Shown here: piece by piece, positions 37,113 to 45,947 of the stretch | Layout: the number at the start of each line of letters is the position of its first letter | Position numbering within the stretch: the first letter of the stretch is position 1 | Source: a virus | Virus record (IMG/VR): IMGVR_UViG_3300030108_004965 | Coordinates: 1-64,000 of that record | Strand: one strand, 5' to 3' | Length of the DNA: 64,000 bases | The notes under the pieces: model-generated | Seen by the model: only the letters and a program-made list of their open reading frames with translations | What the model was told of the DNA's origin: nothing | The model's database searches: none | Translations under genes and position numbers: made by a program

Positions 37113-37375
37113 TCTTTTAGCATCACCCAGTCTGCCACTTTGGCCATCAAGGGGCTCGAGAAAGCGGCAGGCTCATTTTTCTCAAAAAAATAATGACCTG
37201 ACCAAGCAAATGGGTAAACAACAAGTGGTGCAACCACCAGCAAGAGCCAGAACTTAACGTAAATAACAGCCGAAACATACAAAATCGTAACGAACTGTCC
37301 GAGGACGTGAAGTCGACGACACCATAGGTTTTGATGAAGCGACAGATAATAAACATAATATTCACTAAAGGTCAT
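37085..37375 (-). CDS. Mpo1-like / DUF962 membrane protein
   Basis: YYLSLHQNLWCRRLHVLG...YPFAWSGHYFFEKNEPAAF..P....ADWVM. Confidence 0.85.
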   Translation of the reverse strand: MTFSEYYVYYLSLHQNLWCRRLHVLGQFVTILYVSAVIYVKFWLLLVVAPLVVYPFAWSGHYFFEKNEPAAFSSPLMAKVADWVMLKDWLIGRIER

Positions 37376-38147
37376 TGACTACATTCACTCCTTTCATTTG
37401 AACTACTTTTGTGGCGCATTCATTGGCAAACCTCAAAGATTTACCTATATTTTTGCTTCTAAGAAACTCAACACACATAGATGCTAGAAAAGTATCGCCG
37501 GCGCCACATAGATCTTTTATTTCAACTTTCTCAACGGGGAACAACTCTCCATTTAATTCACACCCTTTTTCCCCAATAGTTTTAATTACCTTCTGTTTTG
37601 TCCAATCATTTTTATTAATGTACTCAAGTGAGTTTTCATATTCATACTTATTAATTTTTATAAATGTACAGTTCTTGCAGTAATCACCAATTACTTTTTT
37701 CGTATCAATAAAGACCAAGTTATGGTTCTCACATATAAACTTTATGTCATCTTCAAGCAAAAAGCCTTTGTTATAATCAGAAATTATTATTAATTCAAAT
37801 TGCGAAATAAATTCTAATGTCAAATCATCCACTCTCTTTATGTCTTCCTCTCCGGAATCAACTCTGAGAAACATGTGATTGGTTTTTTCTTCTACAAATC
37901 TTTTCTTTTCAATGACAACATTGTTAGATTTTAAAATAACAGGGACACCCAAAGAAACAACGTTCTGGTATACATTTCCTGCCATTCCCAAGTTTTGTTT
38001 TTCAAATAGCGGGACAAATACGGGTACAGGAGCGTCTGGGCAAATTCTTTCGCATTTACCATAAACGTGCGTATCTCTGCAGCTATCTCCTATTACCAAA
38101 ATCTTATTCATCCCAACTGATTGTCCAATCTTTAAATTCAGCCGCAA
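37365..38147 (-). CDS. PfkB-family sugar kinase, RfaE/HldE domain I (heptose-7-phosphate kinase)-like; probable start at MNKILVIGD
   Basis: LVIGDSCRD..VYG.CERICPDAPVPV, GMAGNV, IISDYNKGFL, DLCGAGDTFLA. Confidence 0.85.
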   Translation of the reverse strand: MRLNLKIGQSVGMNKILVIGDSCRDTHVYGKCERICPDAPVPVFVPLFEKQNLGMAGNVYQNVVSLGVPVILKSNNVVIEKKRFVEEKTNHMFLRVDSGEEDIKRVDDLTLEFISQFELIIISDYNKGFLLEDDIKFICENHNLVFIDTKKVIGDYCKNCTFIKINKYEYENSLEYINKNDWTKQKVIKTIGEKGCELNGELFPVEKVEIKDLCGAGDTFLASMCVEFLRSKNIGKSLRFANECATKVVQMKGVNVVNDL

Positions 38148-38514
38148 GGCAATCTATTTTATAATCTTTCCGGCCACCGGCTTTTTCTTGAATTTTATTT
38201 TTAGCAGTATTTCTTATCCCATTCAAGCCATGAGTTAATTCAAGGTTGTTTCCATCCTTAATTCCTTTCCTATAATTCGATTCATTATGCCAAATATGTA
38301 AATTCATTTGTGATAACACTACAATTGCTCTTATTGTTTTGCTATCTAATATAACATTCTTTTCCTTCAATGTCAAGTCAATATCATGTAAAATGTCAGA
38401 AATTTCTTGCCCATACTCTTCTTTATGTTCTGTTATGAACACTTCTTTTAGCTGTGCTATCGATAATCTGTCTATTAACTCCGAAAGTGTTGGTAAATAT
38501 TTTCTTTTACTCAT
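38104..38514 (-). CDS. Helical hypothetical protein of glycosylation loci
   Basis: LSELIDRLSIAQLKE N-terminus, reminiscent of DUF6165-type proteins; coupled within the operon. Confidence 0.55.
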   Translation of the reverse strand: MSKRKYLPTLSELIDRLSIAQLKEVFITEHKEEYGQEISDILHDIDLTLKEKNVILDSKTIRAIVVLSQMNLHIWHNESNYRKGIKDGNNLELTHGLNGIRNTAKNKIQEKAGGRKDYKIDCLAAEFKDWTISWDE

Positions 38515-39206
38515 TTGTGTCCCCTTAGTTTAAAATTTAACTGATGAGACACCGCCAATCGTCCGTGTGGGGGTAACCATTCATAAGATAACATTCCCTT
38601 ATTTCTTTCTAGGGGGAAATCATTTATCATTTCAAAACCTTCGCTCTCAATAATTTTAACCCATTCAGCCCTAGGCATTACTAAACAATGTGTGTGCTTT
38701 TCGTGTTCTTCATGAAAAACATAGTCTGCTGCGGTAGTTAGCACAGTGGTTCCCTCATGGCAATGTTTGTGGATATTTTTCAAAAAATCCCTAAAGGTTA
38801 ATGGTTGAATGTGCTCTAGATGCTCAAATGAACAGATTAAATCGAACTTGACTTGTTCATTGTTTTCCTCCACCAAATTATATTCTAAATCAGTGCGAAC
38901 AATAAAATGGTTTTTTTTATCAACAAAAGGGCTGTTTATTGTTTCTGGATTTCCATCTAAAGTTACAACTATATTGTTTTTATCTTCTTTTCTCAAAAAA
39001 TAAGATAAACTACCCGCACCGGAGCCTATGTCTAAAATTTTTTTTGCATTTGGGAATTCCTTAATTAATAATTTTGATAAACCATGGTTCATAATGTGCA
39101 TCATTTTCATCCGATCAAAATAAAGCCCATCACCATGTCTATAGCCGGGCAGGTTTTCTTCCATTTTGACACCTGTATTGTTGCTATTTGTTTGTTTTAT
39201 TTTCAT
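38511..39206 (-). CDS. Class I SAM-dependent methyltransferase (probably sugar O-methyltransferase)
   Basis: ILDIGSGAG motif I; FDLICSFEHLEHI. Confidence 0.85.
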   Translation of the reverse strand: MKIKQTNSNNTGVKMEENLPGYRHGDGLYFDRMKMMHIMNHGLSKLLIKEFPNAKKILDIGSGAGSLSYFLRKEDKNNIVVTLDGNPETINSPFVDKKNHFIVRTDLEYNLVEENNEQVKFDLICSFEHLEHIQPLTFRDFLKNIHKHCHEGTTVLTTAADYVFHEEHEKHTHCLVMPRAEWVKIIESEGFEMINDFPLERNKGMLSYEWLPPHGRLAVSHQLNFKLRGHK

Positions 39207-40110
39207 TTTTATATCCTTTTTTAAAATAATCTATTGTGATTCTTAATCCATTTTTCAAAGACGTATTATTAAGGCTATTTGGAGCCAGTGCCTTATCTGT
39301 TTTGGCTGTGTCTATTCTCTTCTCTTTTACCCCAACGTATTTTGTTAAATCATGTTTTACCTGTGAATAATCATAATCATAAATTTCACAAACAATTCGT
39401 GCAAACTCATTTATTGAATGATCTATACCAGAACCTAGGTTAAACACTTGGTTGTCAAATCCTAATAGATTGATCATTGCAGACACAGCGTCATCAACAT
39501 AGATCAACTCTCTTCTTTGGTGACCATCACCCCAAACAACAAATTCACTATTATTGTATTTAGCGTTATAGCAATTCCTAATAAAATCAAAAATAAAATG
39601 ATTGTCCCCTAATTCAAAGTCTGGTCCGTACAGTGTTGAGGGGACGAAATAAAGCCACTTAAGGCCATACTGTTCTTCCAAGGACTTCAGTCCTACCAAC
39701 AACATTCTCTTCGTCATAGCATAAGTGTATAGTCCTTTGTCGGGCTGTCCTAAAAGGTAATTCTTTTCAGTCATGAACAAGTCTGGTGCGTACGAACAAC
39801 TTGTCCCCATGCAGACCATTTTTGCTTGTGGCTGCTTTTCTTTCCAATACTTAAGGACATTTGTATTAATTATTTGATTAGAGAGCCACTGGTCTCCTTT
39901 AAATTTTAAACAATAATCACCAGCTTTGGTAACTGCTGCTAGATGGAAAATGTAGTCAAATTCTATTTCATCATAAATTCTTAAGTTATCTAAATTGCTT
40001 AAGTTGGCTGTTTTTGTATTTGATATAAAAACAGCGTACCCAAGTTTTTTTAATTTTTTAACCAAATGGGTTCCCAAAAATCCGGTTGCACCAGTAACTA
40101 AAATTCTCAT
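39184..40110 (-). CDS. GDP-L-fucose synthase-like NDP-4-keto-sugar epimerase/reductase (Fcl/ColC/MlghC family)
   Basis: TGATGFLG, HLAA...G, GTSCSY, YAMTK (YxxxK), VWGDGHQRRELIYVDD. Confidence 0.82.
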   Translation of the reverse strand: MRILVTGATGFLGTHLVKKLKKLGYAVFISNTKTANLSNLDNLRIYDEIEFDYIFHLAAVTKAGDYCLKFKGDQWLSNQIINTNVLKYWKEKQPQAKMVCMGTSCSYAPDLFMTEKNYLLGQPDKGLYTYAMTKRMLLVGLKSLEEQYGLKWLYFVPSTLYGPDFELGDNHFIFDFIRNCYNAKYNNSEFVVWGDGHQRRELIYVDDAVSAMINLLGFDNQVFNLGSGIDHSINEFARIVCEIYDYDYSQVKHDLTKYVGVKEKRIDTAKTDKALAPNSLNNTSLKNGLRITIDYFKKGYKNENKTNK

Positions 40111-41324
40111 TTATTTCTCCCTATAACTTTGTATGAAGGAAACGGTATTATAAATTCAGTACCTTGCAACATAATATCTTCGTTTTTTCGTATTATTTCT
40201 TCTTCAAAGTTGTGAGACAATAATAGATAATAATCAGGCCTGTCTTGCTTTGATTCTCTGACAATTGGTATGTGGGAGCCCGGTAAGTAGTTTCCTATTT
40301 TTAATTCATTGATCTCAACAGATTTATCAACTAAACTATTGTCTATCCCAAAGTAATTCAACAAAGTGTTTCCTTTGGCTGGTGCGCCATATGCATAAAT
40401 TTTTTTACCAGAGGATTTTATTTGCTGTAATTTGTTTTTTAAATCATACCTTTGTGATTCAATTTTTTTAGCAAAAGCCAAAAATCGCTCAACAGTATAC
40501 TGCTCGTCTTTGTTTAACAAATCCAAATACCTTTCAGTTTTCTGATTAAGTTCACCATTTGTATGAGTGATTTTTGCTATAATAGATCCACTATGAATCT
40601 CTGAGTAATAAGCATCGAAAATTTCTAAGCCATAAGGAGATAATAAGTTACTTAGACTCCTTAAAGTGTAATAACACAAGTGTTCATGATAGATTGTATC
40701 AAAATTCAACTTCTCTATCATTGTACCAGCATACATAAACTGTACGATCAAAACTCCATCATCGCGAAGAGAAAACTTAATGCCATCAATAACACTGTGC
40801 AACTCCTCTAAGTGGAAAAACACCCCAGAGGCATTATATAGTTTTACTTTCTTTTCTCCAATGTGCTCGTCCACACACTCTTTATTAAAATACTTTGTTA
40901 TAGTATCTATACCATTGTTTCTAGAGATCTCTGATACTCTTTTTGCGCACTCTACGTTTAAGAGAGATCCCGCTCCCAACTTTTTGTATTGAAGCAACTG
41001 GCTACCGTCATTTCCCCCGATGTCAACCACAAGATCTGTGCTTACGATTGAAAACTGTTTAACGTTTTCTTTCGCTACATCGTAGAAATGCCCAGTAAGC
41101 GTTTTCGTCATTCCCGATAAATAAGAGTGGTCTGCAAACATTGTTTCTTTCGGTACTGTGTGGTTTAATTGTAATAAGTCACAGTCTAAGCAACAAACCA
41201 AATGCAGAGGATATTTTTTTTCTTTTCCTAATTGCTCCTCGGATAAAAAATCATTACACCACGGCTGTTCTCCAAGGTCTAAAATCGACTTCATTTCGGG
41301 AGACCCACAAGATCTACAATTCAT
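40107..41324 (-). CDS. NDP-hexose 3-C-methyltransferase (EryBIII/TylC3/NovU family)
   Basis: Zn-binding CRSCG...CLDCDLLQL, VVDIGGNDG, DTIYHEHLCYY, YGAPAKGNTLLNY, C-terminal IIPFP. Confidence 0.88.
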   Translation of the reverse strand: MNCRSCGSPEMKSILDLGEQPWCNDFLSEEQLGKEKKYPLHLVCCLDCDLLQLNHTVPKETMFADHSYLSGMTKTLTGHFYDVAKENVKQFSIVSTDLVVDIGGNDGSQLLQYKKLGAGSLLNVECAKRVSEISRNNGIDTITKYFNKECVDEHIGEKKVKLYNASGVFFHLEELHSVIDGIKFSLRDDGVLIVQFMYAGTMIEKLNFDTIYHEHLCYYTLRSLSNLLSPYGLEIFDAYYSEIHSGSIIAKITHTNGELNQKTERYLDLLNKDEQYTVERFLAFAKKIESQRYDLKNKLQQIKSSGKKIYAYGAPAKGNTLLNYFGIDNSLVDKSVEINELKIGNYLPGSHIPIVRESKQDRPDYYLLLSHNFEEEIIRKNEDIMLQGTEFIIPFPSYKVIGRNK

Positions 41325-42283
41325 TGGGTATTATCCTTTTTTATTTTTTCTATAAATTTTTCTGTTGTATAATTCATAGATTTTATATATGCATTTTCTA
41401 CAATCTGTTGATAATCACCCCAATTATTTAAAACTTCTTTTATTTTTTTTTCAAGATCAATTTCATTATCAAAATATACAAAGTCTTCTTCTGGGGTGTA
41501 AAAATCCTCAATAACATTCCAGTCATCTTTTCTTACCAAATTAAGAGTTCTAGAGATTGCTGCTTCATGAAACCTTGTTTTGAACTGGGGCATCGCTGCT
41601 AGCGTATCTATAGAGGAAAAGGCTAAATTTTTCTTATATTCAGGTCTTGATTTGATCCTAGGTATGTGCTCTTTGTGCACTTGGGCCATGTTATAACAAA
41701 CTGAAACTTTCGATTCTGCTACTAAATTAATTTTATCTTTGAATTTTAAATTAGTGTTTGTAGCGTAAGGCAAAAAATGCCTAGTTAAACTGTTAATGTG
41801 CGTGGTCATCGTGCAGTACCTGTAATTAAACTTACTCATGACCTTTAGACAATCAACATGTTCTTTTGCATGGATGCCACCATGGTAAATTACGTCATAC
41901 TTTTTTTCCTGCTTTTCTGGTGTCAAAGTCTTGCAGAATGGGTAAAAAATGTATCTATATTCACGACCTAAATGTAAATTGTTCATCCACTCAACTGTAT
42001 ATGGACAGATTGAATAAACTACATCAAATTTTTCTTCGTAATCCATGGGAGACTTACCATTATGATCTTTTACCTGTGCGAATTCACAAGGAGCCCAGTT
42101 GTTAAATAAAATCTTTTTGTAATCACACAAATCTGTTTCTAACAATTTATTGTTGGAGGAGTTATAACCATATAAAAGCACTGTTTTTTTATCATCATCA
42201 GAGAATTTTTTAAAATTAAAATGATAAGCATTTGTGTCAGGCACTTCTGCTGTTAGGTTCTCTAAAATTAACATTAAACCCAC
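41321..42283 (-). CDS. Glycosyltransferase (GT-B, Glyco_trans_1_2-like C-terminus)
   Basis: KTRFHEAAISRTLNLV...EDFYTPEEDFVYFDNEIDLEKKIKEVLNN...IVENAY. Confidence 0.7.
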   Translation of the reverse strand: MGLMLILENLTAEVPDTNAYHFNFKKFSDDDKKTVLLYGYNSSNNKLLETDLCDYKKILFNNWAPCEFAQVKDHNGKSPMDYEEKFDVVYSICPYTVEWMNNLHLGREYRYIFYPFCKTLTPEKQEKKYDVIYHGGIHAKEHVDCLKVMSKFNYRYCTMTTHINSLTRHFLPYATNTNLKFKDKINLVAESKVSVCYNMAQVHKEHIPRIKSRPEYKKNLAFSSIDTLAAMPQFKTRFHEAAISRTLNLVRKDDWNVIEDFYTPEEDFVYFDNEIDLEKKIKEVLNNWGDYQQIVENAYIKSMNYTTEKFIEKIKKDNTQ

Positions 42284-43023
42284 CCTCTTTTTCGAATATC
42301 GATCTTATATTTTTTTATCATTGATCCCATTATTTTAGGATACTCGGTCAGATTCCACCTACCTTTCACTAAAGCAGTTGAAACATGGGGAAAAACTTTA
42401 GAGTCATAATGGTAAACCCCTCTTTTGGGCTCTCCATAATAACAAAATAAACCAGACAAGCCCAGTTTTCTACAAGTCTCAGTTGCTTGATATTCAAAGG
42501 AGTTTTGCCAATCAACGTTTGCTATGTGAAGGTTCGGGCCTCTTTGGTGGATTAACTCCAAGTCTCTTGTCTTCCATAGCGCAGCCTGTCCGGTGTAAAA
42601 ATAATCATTATTTATTGGCACAAAAAATAAATTATCACAAAATTTTTCATGTGGCCCATGATAAGTACCACCTTTCATAAACCTAATGAAAGATAAAGAT
42701 GGGTTTTTCATTAAAGTTGATTTAAAAAAATCTATACTCTCTTCATTAATAAAATCGTAGAGTATGTAATCCTCGGATATATAAATACAAAATTCCTCTT
42801 CTACTTTTTCTATGCAGCTTACGAACTGATTTTTAAAACTTTCGTTTTTCTCATACTTTATAATCTCATATCCTGTTGGTATCTTTGATAAATCGTCGTC
42901 CACGAAGACATATTTTTTATCAAAAAAACTTTTAGTTATAAATTGATCTATTTGATTGAAAAACATCTCCCAAACATCATTGTTCTTGGACACCGTATTA
43001 ATTACCAAACTAAGCTTACTCAT
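42274..43023 (-). CDS. Putative GT-A glycosyltransferase
   Basis: CIYISEDYIL (DxD-like), QAALWK, C-terminal ALVKGRW as seen in capsule-locus transferases. Confidence 0.5.
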   Translation of the reverse strand: MSKLSLVINTVSKNNDVWEMFFNQIDQFITKSFFDKKYVFVDDDLSKIPTGYEIIKYEKNESFKNQFVSCIEKVEEEFCIYISEDYILYDFINEESIDFFKSTLMKNPSLSFIRFMKGGTYHGPHEKFCDNLFFVPINNDYFYTGQAALWKTRDLELIHQRGPNLHIANVDWQNSFEYQATETCRKLGLSGLFCYYGEPKRGVYHYDSKVFPHVSTALVKGRWNLTEYPKIMGSMIKKYKIDIRKRGWV

Positions 43024-44357
43024 AAAACTCTCTCAAAAAACGACTCCAAAGTATTATCAATCTTTTTTATTTTTTCATCAGTTATACCAATAAAAGTACC
43101 TATTAGGATTGAATTTCTGGTTGCCAAATTAGCATTATGAAATTTTTTATAATCGTGTTTTAATCTTAGCTTTTTATAAGCTGGGTGATATAGTAGATTT
43201 CCAGTAAAATAAGGCCTTGTTTGGATTTTGTTAGATTCTAAATAATCAATAAACTGATGTCTATTAAAAAATTCATTATCCTTTAAAATGGGCATAAACC
43301 CAAACCAACATGGATCTGATCTTTTTGTTTTCTTTGGTAGTATAAAAAACTCTTCATATTTCTTAAAAACATTTATTAGTTTTTTAAAATTGTCTCTCCT
43401 CGCTTGTTCCAAGGTTGGTAGTTTTTTTATCTGCTCTAGACCAATTGCGCCTTGTAATTCTAAAGGTTTTAAATTATAACCTATTTCATCAAAAACATAT
43501 CGGTGATCGTAGATCAAACTTCTATCGCTTTTAAACCAACTTTTGAATCGATTTCCGCATGCTGTCGACTGCATCACGCAGCCGGGCTTTTTCTCATTAC
43601 AATAACAGGCTCTTCCCCAGTCTCTGATGCTGTTAATGGTACGATTCAATAGATAATCGTCAGTTGCTACAAACCCACCTTCTCCTAGGGTCATATGGTG
43701 AGCGGGATAAAATGAACAAGTTGACATAAGACCAAAAGATCCCAGTTTTTTATCATCGTAGTATGAACCCAGAGCGTCACACGCATCTTCGAGAAAAACT
43801 AATTTATATTTATCAACTATGCTCATCAATCTTTCCATGTCTGGTGGGTTACCGAGAACATGGGCAAAAATAATCCCTTTTATTTCTCTTTTGGTATCCT
43901 TGGCTAACAACTCCTCTACTTGATCTAGATCTAAATTTAGACTTGGAATTTCAACATCAACAAAAACAGGCTCTAAACCTAATTGAATTAAGGGATTGAT
44001 AGTTGTAGGAAAACAAACTACCGGAGTTATAAACTTATCACCTCTTTTAATCCTATATTTCTTAGGGCACTTATTTTCACTTAGCAACGAGGATACCATT
44101 AATAAATTAGCAGAACTGCCTGAGTTTGTTAGTGTTCCCATTTTTTTACCTAAATTAATTGGAAAATTTAGTTCAAATTCTCTGCATTTTTTTCCAAATA
44201 CCAACCAGCCATCCAGTAGTGAATCAAATGCTGCTCTATATTCTTCAAAACCAATGTGTGGTCCCGAGTAGCTTACCCACTCAGATTGTTCGTTATTTTC
44301 ATCTAAATAACATTTTAAGAGTTCATAGATTTTGTTTCTTTTTTCTTCTTGTGTCAT
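43020..44357 (-). CDS. rfbH: CDP-4-keto-6-deoxy-D-glucose 3-dehydrase (E1, DdhC/RfbH)
   Basis: NSGSSANLL, FAHVLGNP, EDACDALGS, SFYPAHHMTLGEGG (His in place of the PLP Lys), GRACYC...GC cysteines, YDHRYVFDEIGYNLKPLELQGAIG. Confidence 0.9.
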   Translation of the reverse strand: MTQEEKRNKIYELLKCYLDENNEQSEWVSYSGPHIGFEEYRAAFDSLLDGWLVFGKKCREFELNFPINLGKKMGTLTNSGSSANLLMVSSLLSENKCPKKYRIKRGDKFITPVVCFPTTINPLIQLGLEPVFVDVEIPSLNLDLDQVEELLAKDTKREIKGIIFAHVLGNPPDMERLMSIVDKYKLVFLEDACDALGSYYDDKKLGSFGLMSTCSFYPAHHMTLGEGGFVATDDYLLNRTINSIRDWGRACYCNEKKPGCVMQSTACGNRFKSWFKSDRSLIYDHRYVFDEIGYNLKPLELQGAIGLEQIKKLPTLEQARRDNFKKLINVFKKYEEFFILPKKTKRSDPCWFGFMPILKDNEFFNRHQFIDYLESNKIQTRPYFTGNLLYHPAYKKLRLKHDYKKFHNANLATRNSILIGTFIGITDEKIKKIDNTLESFFERVL

Positions 44358-45193
44358 TTTTGTCCTAATAGTATTTTATCAATAGCAGACCATATTGTGT
44401 ATTGTTGTTTAAACCCAGTCTTGTGCAATTTATTTACATCCAAGTACATGTTCTTAACTTGTACTATTTTATGAAACTCGGGAGGCTCTATCGATTCTAT
44501 TTTGCTTTTTGAGCCTAGAGAGTTTTTACAATACATTATCACATCTTTTATCTTAGTAGGCTTACCAGATCCAATGTTAATTATATCATTTGTACTAGAG
44601 TTGCTTATACAGCACTTAATCGCATTACAAACATCGTCCACGTACATATAGTCCCTAACATGTTCTCCGTCATCGTATAGCTGTATGTCCTCGTTGTTTT
44701 TTAGATTACCAATCATAAACTGTAGCGCATTTTTTTTCTTTGAAACACCGGCATCAGATTCTCCAATAACATTACAAAGTCTCAAAATCCTATATTTCAT
44801 GTTGTGCGTTTCACAGTATGAGATTAGCATCTGTTCTGCTGTTCTCTTGGTTATGGAATAAAAACCTTTTGGATCACAAACGGACAGTTCAGTAGCTGGG
44901 AGATCTAGCGTTTTTCCATAAACAAACCAAGAACTTACAAAATTAAAAATCAGTTCGGTCTGATTTTTATTGGCCTCTAGTACTTCCAATAATTTAATTA
45001 AATTTGTCTCAACGTCCAAGAAGGGCTTATCGAAAATGTTGTAATTCGTTGTCGTACTTATAAAGTATAGCAATTCATTACTTTCAGAAGTGTTTTGTTC
45101 TCTCGGAATTTTAATCACTTCATCAGAAAATAAATTACAATATCTAGATCCTATAAACCCAGACGAGCCATAAATGGAAATTTTATTATTCAT
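44354..45193 (-). CDS. NAD-dependent sugar epimerase/reductase (extended SDR)
   Basis: GSSGFIGS, SSWFVYG, YSITK (YxxxK), RDYMYVDD, NIGSG. Confidence 0.82.
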   Translation of the reverse strand: MNNKISIYGSSGFIGSRYCNLFSDEVIKIPREQNTSESNELLYFISTTTNYNIFDKPFLDVETNLIKLLEVLEANKNQTELIFNFVSSWFVYGKTLDLPATELSVCDPKGFYSITKRTAEQMLISYCETHNMKYRILRLCNVIGESDAGVSKKKNALQFMIGNLKNNEDIQLYDDGEHVRDYMYVDDVCNAIKCCISNSSTNDIINIGSGKPTKIKDVIMYCKNSLGSKSKIESIEPPEFHKIVQVKNMYLDVNKLHKTGFKQQYTIWSAIDKILLGQK

Positions 45194-45947
45194 TGTTGTT
45201 TCTTTTGTCTTTAGGGATCGATCTCAGGGCCCTAAATTTGTCTAAATTCTCGTCAATAGGGTCACTAGGTCTTTTCATATATTTTGTTGAGCGACCTTTT
45301 TTATCTTCAGTATTTTTTAAATAGTAATAAAGTGCTATAGATTTTCTAGTAAAATTATCCGGACAATTAAGGACCTCTGGATGTCCATGATATGATGTTT
45401 CATTTGTGTTGAAAATAACCAATCTGTTAAAGATAGGTAAGATTTTCTGCTTACATTCAGTCATTTCTTTGTCCCAAAGTTCCAAGTGTCCTCCGTATTC
45501 CTCCCTCCAATCTTTGTTCAAAAACAAAATAGCGTTCAAGCAACGGATGTTTTTCGTTTTATAGTGAACATTGAAATCAGCATGAATGTCAAGCTTACCA
45601 CCTCTTTGTATCTGATGTAGTCCACCGCCGATCAAATCGGTATCAGCAATCAGACCTTCATTTCTTGTTAGTTTCTCTAAAAATTTTAAAAATTCGTCAG
45701 AATTCATAAAATTTATTATTTTACTTATTGGCTCTTCATATTCTTCTATATTTGAATTCATTAGTTTTTTTTCTAATGGATTATCATATTCTGTCCATTT
45801 TACTTGTGAAGGAGATGGGAATACCCGTAAAGCTTGATCGAGATACTTGTCTATCATAAAGTTATCTATGACTATGTGAGGGAATGGACTAGCACTGATG
45901 TATCTGCTGCTATTGTTTTCAGCAAATGTTAAGTCAACTTTTATCAT
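45186..45947 (-). CDS. 2OG-Fe(II) oxygenase (prolyl-4-hydroxylase-like)
   Basis: HADFN (HxD), LNKDW..EYGGHLELWD, FNRLVIF, HGHP, RKSIALYYY. Confidence 0.85.
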   Translation of the reverse strand: MIKVDLTFAENNSSRYISASPFPHIVIDNFMIDKYLDQALRVFPSPSQVKWTEYDNPLEKKLMNSNIEEYEEPISKIINFMNSDEFLKFLEKLTRNEGLIADTDLIGGGLHQIQRGGKLDIHADFNVHYKTKNIRCLNAILFLNKDWREEYGGHLELWDKEMTECKQKILPIFNRLVIFNTNETSYHGHPEVLNCPDNFTRKSIALYYYLKNTEDKKGRSTKYMKRPSDPIDENLDKFRALRSIPKDKRNNNE

